Assembly: GCA_964471275.1 (NCBI GenBank)
Contig: CAYYGZ010000017.1
Span: forward strand, 1 to 32,884
Source: an uncultured bacterium
GTDB taxonomy: Bacteria; Latescibacterota; UBA2968
Length of the DNA: 32,884 bases
Direction: 5' to 3'
Shown here: piece after piece, positions 19,160 to 27,910 of the stretch
Layout: every line of letters starts with the position of its first letter
Numbering within the stretch: position 1 is the first letter of the stretch
Program-made: the position numbers and the translations under genes
The notes under the pieces: model-generated
Told to the model about the DNA's origin: nothing
Databases searched by the model: none
The model's input: only the letters and a program-made list of their open reading frames with translations

Positions 19160-20182
19160 ATGGCATTGAATGTGGCGGTTGTTGGTCTTGGGGGCATCGG
19201 AAATCGGCACGCAACCATCTACAACGAGCACGAAGAGTGCAATCTGGTCGCAGTCTGCGATATCATCAAAGAGAAGGCCGACAAGGCAGCCGAAAAATAT
19301 GGCACAAAAGCCTTCTATTCTGTACAGGAGCTACTGGATAGTGGTCTTCAGATCGACGCGGCCAGCGTAGCAAGTGCGGGAACGGAGAATGGCGGCGACC
19401 ACTACAAGCCGACGATCGAGCTTCTCGGTGGGGGCATTCCCGTGCTCGGGGAAAAGCCGATCTCCAACAATCTGGATGAGGCCCACACGATGGTTTCTCT
19501 CGCAACAGAGAAAGATCTGCGCTACGGCATCGACCTGAACCATCGCTTCACCCCTGCGGCGGCTAAAGCCAAGGAATGGGTAGCCTCCGGCAGACTCGGC
19601 GAGATCAACATCATCAACATGACTATGTGGATCAACAACCCGAACGAAACTTCCGAACACTTCCACTTGCGTGCCCTGCATCCGCATTCGATCGACGTGA
19701 TGCGGTATTTCTGCGGCGATATCGCAAAAGTAAACGCCTTCTTCAAACGGGGCATCGACAAGGACGGTAATCGTCGAAAATGCTGGTCGAACGCGCAGGT
19801 CGGCATGCTCTTCACCAATGGAATCGTGGGAAACCTGACCGGAAGCTACGATGCGACGGGCCCGGGAGGATCCTACGGACTGGAACGCCTGGAAGTTGTC
19901 GGATCCGATGCCCGGTTCATCCTCGATGACGCGTGTGAGCATCTGCACTTTCACCCACGACGGTCTCGTGAGACAGAGACCTACGACTACATCGGGGGAA
20001 TGATGGCGTTTGGTGAAACATTCGAGAGCCGGATCGGCCGCTGGATCGAACAGAATCTGGCCGACGTCGCTCCAGCGGAGATAGAGGGATCGGGCAAGGA
20101 GGCATTGAAGGCCCAGATGGTCATCGAAGCTGCGATAGAATCGTGGGAGAAGGGGGCAATCGTCGACGTTCCGGCGGTGTAG
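19160..20182 (+). CDS. Gfo/Idh/MocA family oxidoreductase
   Basis: VVGLGGIG, VLGEKPIS, NHRFTP. Confidence 0.92.
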   Translation: MALNVAVVGLGGIGNRHATIYNEHEECNLVAVCDIIKEKADKAAEKYGTKAFYSVQELLDSGLQIDAASVASAGTENGGDHYKPTIELLGGGIPVLGEKPISNNLDEAHTMVSLATEKDLRYGIDLNHRFTPAAAKAKEWVASGRLGEINIINMTMWINNPNETSEHFHLRALHPHSIDVMRYFCGDIAKVNAFFKRGIDKDGNRRKCWSNAQVGMLFTNGIVGNLTGSYDATGPGGSYGLERLEVVGSDARFILDDACEHLHFHPRRSRETETYDYIGGMMAFGETFESRIGRWIEQNLADVAPAEIEGSGKEALKAQMVIEAAIESWEKGAIVDVPAV

Positions 20183-20184
20183 AA

Positions 20185-21180
20185 ATGCAACGTGTCTGTG
20201 TCATAGGCCTGGGACCGATAGGCAATCGCCACTCGGACATCTACGCAGAAGACGATCTTGCTGAGCTGGTCGGTGTGTGTGACAGGGATGAGGCACGCGC
20301 GAATGCGGCAGCGGAGCGTCTGGACATTCCCGCATTTTATGATGCCCAGACGATGTTGCATGAATTGGCTCCCGATATCTGCAGCGTGGCAACGGGGGGC
20401 TACGAGTACGGCAGCGACCACTACGAACCGACGATGCTGGCGCTGGAATCCGGGTGCCACACGCTGTGCGAGAAGCCGATCAGCAACGAGATCGCACACG
20501 CTGAGGAGATGGTCTCTAAAGCGCACGAGAAGAACCTTTGTTTCGGTATCGACCTCAATCATCGGTTCACGCCGGCCGCGAGGCTCGCGCGCAATTGGCT
20601 CGATGAGGGCCGGTTGGGCCACCTACTCTTCGTCAACATGAGCATGTGGATCATGAATCCAAACGAGTCCTCGCCCTACTTCCAGATCAAGGCACTGCAC
20701 CCACACACGGTCGATGTGATGCGGTATTTCTGTGGCGATGTCGAAGCTGTTCAATGCTTCGCGACAAAGGCCCCGGGGCGCCAGATCTGGTCCACCGCAC
20801 AGTTCAACATGCGGTTCAGGAATGGCGTGGTCGGATCGCTTACCGGCAGCTATGACATCGAGCGCGGTCACCCAATGGAGCGATGCGAAGTTGCGGGCAC
20901 GGGGGGAAGGTTTGTTCTGGAAGATATGTGGCGAGAGCTGACACTCTACCCCGCCGGCGATATGCAGAAGACCGTGTATACCAACCCCGCTTTTGGTGGC
21001 GGCTTTCGTGGTTTCACCGACACGTTCATCGATCGCATCCGCACCTTCGTACGTCAGGTTGACGAGGGTATCTCGCCCGCAGAAATCGACGGATCTGGCG
21101 AAGAGGGTCTCGCCGCTCAGAAAGTCCTGGCCGCGGCCATCGAGTCGCTCGAGAACGAAACGGTCGTACATATAGACTGA
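20185..21180 (+). CDS. Gfo/Idh/MocA family oxidoreductase, paralog of the upstream gene
   Basis: VIGLGPIG, LCEKPIS, NHRFTP. Start placed at ATG 20185, 2 nt after the upstream stop. Confidence 0.92.
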   Translation: MQRVCVIGLGPIGNRHSDIYAEDDLAELVGVCDRDEARANAAAERLDIPAFYDAQTMLHELAPDICSVATGGYEYGSDHYEPTMLALESGCHTLCEKPISNEIAHAEEMVSKAHEKNLCFGIDLNHRFTPAARLARNWLDEGRLGHLLFVNMSMWIMNPNESSPYFQIKALHPHTVDVMRYFCGDVEAVQCFATKAPGRQIWSTAQFNMRFRNGVVGSLTGSYDIERGHPMERCEVAGTGGRFVLEDMWRELTLYPAGDMQKTVYTNPAFGGGFRGFTDTFIDRIRTFVRQVDEGISPAEIDGSGEEGLAAQKVLAAAIESLENETVVHID

Positions 21181-21266
21181 GCCAGATCTCTCTCGCCTGC
21201 CCCTCCCTCCGCTCTCCGGCTTGCCGCACATACATCTACGACCTTGCTCTGACAGGACCGACTGAG

Positions 21267-22322
21267 ATGGACAGACTCCGAATAGCCACACTCTCCCACG
21301 CGCACGGCCATATCAACACATACTGCAGCACGATGCAGAGCTTCGATGATGTCGAACTCGTTGCCGTATGGGACGACATACCTGAACGCGGTGAGAAGGC
21401 TGCGTCGAACTTTAACATGGCCTACCGGAGTCGCGTGGAAGATGTTACTACCGACCCTGATATCGATGCGGTTCTGATTGGTTGTGAGACAAACAGGCAC
21501 GCCGACCTCGTCGAACGGGCAGCAGCGGCCGGGAAGCACATCCTCCTCCAGAAGCCTATGGCCACGACGCTCACAGACTGCGACCGTATCATCGACATTG
21601 TTGCCAGAACGGGTGTCAAGTTCAGCGTTGCCTTTCAGATGCGGCAGGACCCGGCCAACCGGAAAATCAGAGAACTGGTATCAGAGGGTACGGTTGGCGA
21701 CATCGCGGTAGTGCGACGGCGACACTGCATCCCTGTCCTGCTGAACCCGTCATTCTTCGAAGGCCTTACCCGGTGGCACGTAGACGCCGAGGCCAACGTC
21801 GGGATGTTCTTCGACGACGCCACCCACGCGGCCGACTGGTTCTTGTGGACCTTCGGGATGCCTGTATCCGTGATGGCTGAGATCGACAACGTCGTTACCG
21901 ATGTTGCGCCCGACGACAACGGAGTCGCAATCTACCGGTTTCCGTCAGGCACGATGGGCACGCTGTTCAACAGCTCCACCACAGTGGCCGGTATCAACAC
22001 AACCGAGATCTATGGCGATCAGGGAACGATCATACAGGACTACGGCGACTCACCGTCCACGTCGGCCCCCCGCCCCGCCGGGGTCAAGCCTCTGAGGTAT
22101 ATCCGTAAGGATGACGACGCCTGGACTGAATTCGATCTGGAGATCCCAAAGTCACAGGGCGATCGCATTGCTGCCATCCCTCGCCCGTTCATCGACTATC
22201 TCAAGGGCGACTCGGAAGACCGTGTTTCGGCTGAGGAAGGCCGTCAATCGGTCGAGATGGTATTGGCTGCCTACAAGTCAGCAGAAACGGGAAAGCGAGT
22301 GGTGTTTCCCTTTGTGGGTTGA
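21267..22322 (+). CDS. Gfo/Idh/MocA family oxidoreductase (divergent)
   Basis: DIDAVLI, ETNRH, HILLQKP, FFDDATHAAD; the glycine-rich loop is replaced by SHAHGH. Confidence 0.88.
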   Translation: MDRLRIATLSHAHGHINTYCSTMQSFDDVELVAVWDDIPERGEKAASNFNMAYRSRVEDVTTDPDIDAVLIGCETNRHADLVERAAAAGKHILLQKPMATTLTDCDRIIDIVARTGVKFSVAFQMRQDPANRKIRELVSEGTVGDIAVVRRRHCIPVLLNPSFFEGLTRWHVDAEANVGMFFDDATHAADWFLWTFGMPVSVMAEIDNVVTDVAPDDNGVAIYRFPSGTMGTLFNSSTTVAGINTTEIYGDQGTIIQDYGDSPSTSAPRPAGVKPLRYIRKDDDAWTEFDLEIPKSQGDRIAAIPRPFIDYLKGDSEDRVSAEEGRQSVEMVLAAYKSAETGKRVVFPFVG

Positions 22323-22362
22323 TAGATGCGGCTTAATGGAGAGGCGCAGGGGGCGTGGAAAG

Positions 22363-22718
22363 TTAGAGACTCTTTCTTAGTCGGACGATCTTCTTCGAAA
22401 AAGTCACGAGCTGTTGGAGGAGCTGCTCTGCACGCTCTTTCTCGATCAGTTTTCGTCTGATGAGGAGGAAGATCACATTGGCGTATCTAAACGTCGACCG
22501 CCTCGCATAGTTCAAGAAGCGACTGAATTCCCCGGATGAGTCTGAACCGGAGCCTTGGCAATGTTGTTCAAAACGCTGAGAGAAGAACCCCTTAGTTGCT
22601 CAGCGAAGCGATAGAGTTTGATCGCTTCGAGATCACCGGCAATGTCGAGAAGTTCATCACCTATCTCGTTCGCCATATACCAAACATCAAGTGTCTGGAA
22701 TCTGAAAAGAACTTCCAA
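22363..22718 (-). pseudogene. Four-helix-bundle protein (23S rRNA IVS/S23/Avd-like family) with a 1-bp frameshift
   Basis: GGAGG then TTG: LEVLFRFQTLDVW...LYRFAEQLRGSSLSVLNNIA; shift near 22556; then EGSGSDSSGEFSRFLNYARRSTF...RLRKSL-TAA. Restoring one G gives the family NIAEG motif and about 118 aa. Confidence 0.85.
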
Positions 22719-22893
22719 GTGTCCTCCCGCTCTATCGATTCTGTTCGGATTCTGCACCTTCGAAATTTACCAGTATCCGCCTCTGGCTTGACGTTGCAGC
22801 CCTGGATGCACCATTGTGCTGGCAGGATCCCGCAAGATATGTGCCTTACCACGCCCCTTACCCCAAGCCTTCACGACATAAGGAGTTTCCGAC

Positions 22894-24036
22894 GTGAGGA
22901 TTACCGACATAGACACCCTCTGCCTCTCCCGCCCTCACGAACCCGAACGCCAGTGGTTCACGTCGAAGTACCGCACGATCAAAGCTGATTGTGCGATTGT
23001 AGTGATCGAAACGGATGGAAACCTGCGGGGTATCGGGGAAGCCTGCGCCTACGGGGATCCGCCCAAAATCAAGGAGCGGGTCGCTGAACTGGCAAGGGAC
23101 CTGATCGGGAAAGATCCATCGGATCCAGCGATCGCACCACGTCCAGAGGGGAAGGAGCGATCACCGGATATCGCGATCGCCGGGATCGACTGTGCGCTGT
23201 GGGACCTGCGAGGGAAGATTGAAGGTAAGCGAGTATCGGAACTTCTGACAGCATCCCCAGTTGACAGGGTTCGTGTCTACGCCTCGAGCGGGTGCATGTA
23301 CAGCTGGGACCAGGATCCGGAGCAGGTCGTCCGAGAGGCCGTCGAATATGCCGAGGAGGGATGGACCGCGTTCAAGATGCGGATCGGGACACACTGGGAA
23401 GGGCCCGGTGTGACAGCTGCGCAGTTTATAGAGTTGGCGAAGAAGGTTACGGATGCGGTCAGCGAGCGGATGGACCTGATGCTGGACGGGAACTGTCGAC
23501 TGTCCGAAGAGGAATCGCTCACGATCGCCAGGGCGCTTGACGAGATGGGTTGGACCTGGTTCGAGGAACCGATGAAACGGATCCCCGAAGCCTACGCTCG
23601 GCTGAATGCCGCGGTCGACATGCCCATTACGGGTGGAGAGCCCTTCACGCGTGTGGAACAGTTTGAACCGTATTTCACAAAGAACGCTTTTGCGATCGTG
23701 CAGCCGGATGCAGGGGTTTGCGGAATCACGGAGTGCTACCGGATCGCTGAGCGTGCTCACGAACTCGGCGTGGATCTCTGTCCGCATTCATGGCATAACG
23801 GATTGATGGTCATGGCCAACGGACACCTGGTAGCCGCCTTGCCAAATCCACGAGTGCTGGAGGTCTGTCGTATCCAGGGACCACTGCAGTGGGACATCCT
23901 GACCGAAAAGCCGACAATCGAAGACGGTCACCTGGTCTTCCCCGATGCCCCCGGACTCGGCGTGGACATCCCGGACGATCTCGAGGAACGCTTTCCCTTT
24001 GTAGACGGCCACTACGCAGTCACGATTGATCGCTAA
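22894..24036 (+). CDS. Mandelate racemase-subgroup enolase (probable sugar-acid dehydratase/isomerase)
   Basis: GIDCALWDLRGK, FKMRIG, LDGN, FEEP, TGGE, QPD, CPHSW, PDAPGLGV; AAGGAG RBS before GTG. Confidence 0.92.
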   Translation: MRITDIDTLCLSRPHEPERQWFTSKYRTIKADCAIVVIETDGNLRGIGEACAYGDPPKIKERVAELARDLIGKDPSDPAIAPRPEGKERSPDIAIAGIDCALWDLRGKIEGKRVSELLTASPVDRVRVYASSGCMYSWDQDPEQVVREAVEYAEEGWTAFKMRIGTHWEGPGVTAAQFIELAKKVTDAVSERMDLMLDGNCRLSEEESLTIARALDEMGWTWFEEPMKRIPEAYARLNAAVDMPITGGEPFTRVEQFEPYFTKNAFAIVQPDAGVCGITECYRIAERAHELGVDLCPHSWHNGLMVMANGHLVAALPNPRVLEVCRIQGPLQWDILTEKPTIEDGHLVFPDAPGLGVDIPDDLEERFPFVDGHYAVTIDR

Positions 24037-24040
24037 TCAC

Positions 24041-24107
24041 GTCATCCTGAGCCGCAGACGTAGAATCCCTTACAGGTCTAGATCGAGTGACCCTTGCCCT
24101 CAGATGA
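24041..24107. repeat. Degenerate REP-like palindromic element
   Basis: GTCATCCTGAG at 24041-24051 and a near complement CTCAG-ATGA at 24099-24107, just after a stop codon; only one copy in the window. Confidence 0.4.
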
Positions 24108-24163
24108 GAATTGCCTACTTTTGTGAGGCAGACGACCGAACTCCAAAATAGACAAGGGCTTAC

Positions 24164-25450
24164 ATGAGCAGCANNNNNNNNNNATTCGACACGTCATACG
24201 AGAAAGAAAAGCGACCACTTCTCAAGCATCTTCTCGAACTGCTCCGCCCGATATACACGGCAGAGGAACTCGACGCGCTTCGCATTGACCCGGTCAGCCG
24301 CGGTATCCTCTCGCAGCGTTCAGGACGCGGCTTTGTAAACCGAGACCTGCTCGAGACGGTTCTCGGAAATCTGCTGGAATCTGCTGCCCCCGGCTCTCAC
24401 AACGCGACAGAATCCGGTGACAGTCTCGGGTTCGAGCAGGGCATAGAGGAGATCGTCGATCAGCTCTATGCGATGATCGCACAGTCACTCATCGCAGTTG
24501 AGGGTCCAGGCGCTGACATCGAGAACCACGCGCTGCACACAGCTTTCTCTCTGCTCGGAGACTTACCTTCGTTCAAGGACCGTGCGCGCTGGAACCGGTT
24601 CGCTTCGCTGAAGGACCCGGCGGTCTGGGATGCCTATGTATCCGCAAAAGACAACCTGCGTGTTGATCGATTGGCCGGGATCGAATTCAAGACTGCCATC
24701 GACGCAGCCATCGAGGCACGTGACTTCGCGGTCTACCAGGAATTCCTGAAGCAGGAGGGTCTGGATTTCGCCTTCGACTACCAGATGCAGCTGGTAGTCA
24801 GCTCCTACCCGGGCTGGCGCGTGCTCTTCTACCACGATGCGGCGCACGCGCTTACCGTCGCCTCGCCCTCAGAATCGCTCGAAGGCCTGACCCGGCAGCC
24901 GGTTCCTCTGCTTCCTCGAGCGATCGCAGAGCTTGGCGGACGCTACTACCAGGCGGATCTGCACCCGGAGACCCGGATTGGCGACGCGAACTTCTTGGAA
25001 CACCCACATCGAGGGCTCACGACCGGCCAGACAGGCGTGATCGGACAGGGATGCGTAATCTACCCCTGCACGCTGGGAGGGATCAGCGACAAGGTCCGAC
25101 GTCGTCACCCGTATATCGGCGACTACGTACAGATCGGCACCGACGCACAGCTGTTGGGCCCCGTTCAGATCGGAGACCGGTCCAGCATCGGAATCAACAG
25201 TCAGATCTACGGGTATGTGGAAGTAAAGGAAGATTGCCGGATTGCTTCAACCGTAGTGATCGGGACGGTACTGAGTGGGACGAGCAGACCCGGCCAGATC
25301 TGCCTGGGTCAGGGGGTGCGGGTCGGTGATGGTACGGTTATCGAGAACAGCACCGAACTGGATCTGATCATTCCTGAAAAATCGGAGATTCCTGCCCGGA
25401 GCCACGTCGTAAACGACGGATTTGGGAACCCTAGATATTTGAGAGATTAG
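24164..25450 (+). CDS. Serine O-acetyltransferase (CysE)-like hexapeptide-repeat acyltransferase with a long N-terminal region
   Basis: YPGWRVLFYHDAAHAL, ADLHPETRIG, FLEH, CTLGG, RRHPYIGD, LLGPVQIG. The 5' end spans an N gap, so the start is uncertain. Confidence 0.75.
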   Translation: MSSXXXXFDTSYEKEKRPLLKHLLELLRPIYTAEELDALRIDPVSRGILSQRSGRGFVNRDLLETVLGNLLESAAPGSHNATESGDSLGFEQGIEEIVDQLYAMIAQSLIAVEGPGADIENHALHTAFSLLGDLPSFKDRARWNRFASLKDPAVWDAYVSAKDNLRVDRLAGIEFKTAIDAAIEARDFAVYQEFLKQEGLDFAFDYQMQLVVSSYPGWRVLFYHDAAHALTVASPSESLEGLTRQPVPLLPRAIAELGGRYYQADLHPETRIGDANFLEHPHRGLTTGQTGVIGQGCVIYPCTLGGISDKVRRRHPYIGDYVQIGTDAQLLGPVQIGDRSSIGINSQIYGYVEVKEDCRIASTVVIGTVLSGTSRPGQICLGQGVRVGDGTVIENSTELDLIIPEKSEIPARSHVVNDGFGNPRYLRD

Positions 25451-26130
25451 GATCCGCAGGGCGTGAGGTCTGCCGCCCACCCTCGCACCAGCTCCGCAGC
25501 ACAATTCTGCGCATCCTCGTCGGTCAATCCCGATCGCTTCAGAACTTTGAACGAGTGATCAGCCGTGTCGATGGTCTGAAGCGTCGCCTTCGGCAAAGCG
25601 GTAACAATCGGTTCGAGCAGATCGAGTCCGGCCAGCGCATCGCGCGTGCCGGTCAGGAAGAGCATGGGCAGATCCACCTCTGCGAGATGATCGGCCCTGT
25701 CCGTAGAGGGTTTCTTCGCGGGATGTAGCGGAAAAGCATAGAAGACGAGCCCTATCAGCCCCGGAATCGGCTCCGTCGCCGCAGCCATCGACGTCATCCG
25801 CCCACCAAACGATCTTCCACCCGCAAGCACCGGCAGATTACCCGCGATTTCCGAAGCCTGAGCGACTGCCGACCTGACGGTCGCGTAGCACGTTGCTTTC
25901 CCGTCCAGCCCCCTGCCTCCCCTCTCCATATACGGAAAATTGTATCGGAAAATCGCGATTCCGACCGCATACAGCGCCTCGGCAATTGCCACCATTGAAC
26001 CGTGTTCAATCCCCGTACTCGCGGCGTGTGAGAGGACGACCACGTGTGTCGCGTCAGGAGGCCGGGTCCACAGAGCGGTCACCTCACCTTTCCGATCATT
26101 CGCCTCGAACTTCAACCGTGTCACATCCAA
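25447..26130 (-). CDS. Alpha/beta hydrolase (dienelactone hydrolase-like, KANL3/Tex30-type)
   Basis: FRYNFPYME, nucleophile GGRSFGGR, FPLHP, GTRD, ADHSF. Confidence 0.9.
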   Translation of the reverse strand: MDVTRLKFEANDRKGEVTALWTRPPDATHVVVLSHAASTGIEHGSMVAIAEALYAVGIAIFRYNFPYMERGGRGLDGKATCYATVRSAVAQASEIAGNLPVLAGGRSFGGRMTSMAAATEPIPGLIGLVFYAFPLHPAKKPSTDRADHLAEVDLPMLFLTGTRDALAGLDLLEPIVTALPKATLQTIDTADHSFKVLKRSGLTDEDAQNCAAELVRGWAADLTPCGS

Positions 26131-26146
26131 GACACTTTCCCCTCAT

Positions 26147-26680
26147 TCACTTGCTCAATACAAGTCGCTTTATACCTTCGTTTCGCGATCTGAAGGCGAT
26201 TTGTAGCGCGTTCAGCCCATACCGATCCGGAATACTCACATCCCCAGCCGCCTGGAGCAACGCTGCGGTAACCGCAAGGTGCTCGCCCTTGACGGCCCAG
26301 TAAAGAGGCGTCCCCCCCCCCGTGCATAGCGGAAATCGGGATCACCGCCCTGTTTCAGCAGGTATCGCACGGTTTCGAGGTGCCGTGGCGGGAAGCGATG
26401 TATAGTCCATCCGAGATGCGGTCTGCGGCGGTTTCGGGCGGCTTGGCCAATGGCTGCCGATCTAGGTCGAGTCTCGTGCTACTCATACCCGTCGAATCAG
26501 GGCGAAGCCTTCCATTTCTGAAATGATAGCGGACGTCGGCCAACCTGCCCAATCCAGACGCGATGAACAGATCCAGGCAGCAGGTGCCTGAAGCGATCTC
26601 CTCTGCAACCTGAACTGCCCGATGGTTAAAGCCCAGGAAAGTGCCGTATGGTGATTCCGGACACGTTCAGAATCACGCGA
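26147..26680 (-). pseudogene. Ankyrin-repeat protein remnant with at least three frameshifts
   Basis: Stitched frames: HTALSWALTIGQ / VAEEIA...LDLFIASGLGRLADV...GLYIASRHG / LETVRYLLKQGGDPDFRYARG / GTPLYWAVKGEHLAVTAALLQAAGDVSIPDRYGLNALQIA...LSK-TGA. Confidence 0.8.
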
Positions 26681-26704
26681 GCGAGACAGGTAGATATACG
26701 CATC

Positions 26705-27796
26705 CTAGCCGCTTGCCGGCACATAGGGTAGAACAGTTGAAGGAGCATCAGATGACGAGAACGAAAGGACTTTGTCATCCAGCGCGGGAGCGTTCAACTC
26801 GCGATAGTAGACGAAGAGATACTCGTTCCAGTATCCTGCCAGCTTCCCGCCACGCTCCTCACCCCACGCGCAAATCTTCGCGTCCGAACCCTCGACACCA
26901 TACCAGTCCGCAGCAAGCTTTCGCACCCACGTGTCCACAGGTACCGCATTCAGTCTGGCGAGCGAAAAGAGATCGATACATTTGGCAACCTTGAGCCCGA
27001 CGCCCGAATTCGGTACCGAGCGAAGGCTATCCACGATCCTGCGCCAGCCCTCAAGTGTCACGAGTGAAGGGTCCCCACCGAATTCCCTGTTGATCATTTC
27101 TTCCGTACAGGCCACGCTTGTCGGCACATATCGGGAGCGCCACCCGAACTTCCGGTATCGATAGTAGCTTTCGTTCAGCAAGGCGAGTCTGTCTACCGCC
27201 GGAAAAACCCAGTACTGCTCGTTCCTCAACCGGACAGGATCGCCCAGAATCTGTGAGAGGAACTGGATCCGCTGCTTGGTCAGCGCCATGTGGGCCTGAA
27301 CGCTGAGGATGTATGAGACAATACACTCCCAGGGGTCTTGCCTCATGAACCGGTAGCCGCGCATCAGGTCGCGTGCCTTTCGCAAATGACGATCCGCACG
27401 CGGAACCCGTATCCGGGGGCACTCATCGATGCGGAGATACCAGCGCAGGAAGGGCCCCGTATCCATCCAGTCAGCATAGGTGAACACTCTCGGTGCGGAG
27501 GCGACAAACCGAACGGTCTCACCTTCCTGTCTCAGGTGAAAGGCCACACCATAGGCGATCCCCTTCCACCAGCCATCGGTGTCTCGCCCCCACCGAAAAG
27601 TCTGCCCTGAATACAGTGTCAGCGCGAGATCGAACGCGTCTACCCGAAAGGATCCCGATGTTTCTTCCGCATCCTCCGGCTCATCACGGGATGGTGTCTC
27701 GGCCGTGCTGTCTCGCCTGCAATCACCACGCGCGTAGCACGACTCACAGAGGTATTTGCCCGGATCGAAGTTTTCGTAACATCGGGGTGAAGACAT
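26705..27796 (-). CDS. OGG1-type 8-oxoguanine DNA glycosylase/AP lyase (OGG N-terminal domain + HhH-GPD)
   Basis: LALTLYSGQTFRW, RQDPWECIVSYILS, GVGLKVAKCIDLF (catalytic Lys), AVPVDTW (catalytic Asp). Confidence 0.88.
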   Translation of the reverse strand: MSSPRCYENFDPGKYLCESCYARGDCRRDSTAETPSRDEPEDAEETSGSFRVDAFDLALTLYSGQTFRWGRDTDGWWKGIAYGVAFHLRQEGETVRFVASAPRVFTYADWMDTGPFLRWYLRIDECPRIRVPRADRHLRKARDLMRGYRFMRQDPWECIVSYILSVQAHMALTKQRIQFLSQILGDPVRLRNEQYWVFPAVDRLALLNESYYRYRKFGWRSRYVPTSVACTEEMINREFGGDPSLVTLEGWRRIVDSLRSVPNSGVGLKVAKCIDLFSLARLNAVPVDTWVRKLAADWYGVEGSDAKICAWGEERGGKLAGYWNEYLFVYYRELNAPALDDKVLSFSSSDAPSTVLPYVPASG

Positions 27797-27910
27797 AGGC
27801 GCAAAAATACGGGAGCCTCAGGTAACCGACAAGCCGAGCATCGACAAATACCTTAAATTCTGGACTGGTTGGTTACGCCAGTAACGGGGACTCAATTGCA
27901 AGAGACATAC

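Noticed and set aside
21185..21225. Pyrimidine-rich short repeats (CCCTCCG CTCTCCG)
   Set aside because: Too short and degenerate to separate from chance.
22363..22718. Diversity-generating retroelement suggested by the Avd-like fold
   Set aside because: No reverse transcriptase and no template/variable repeat pair were seen.
27872..27885. GTTAC-N4-GTAAC palindrome between the glycosylase and the DUF1992-like gene
   Set aside because: It has only 5-bp arms, no clear promoter context and no second copy near uvrA.
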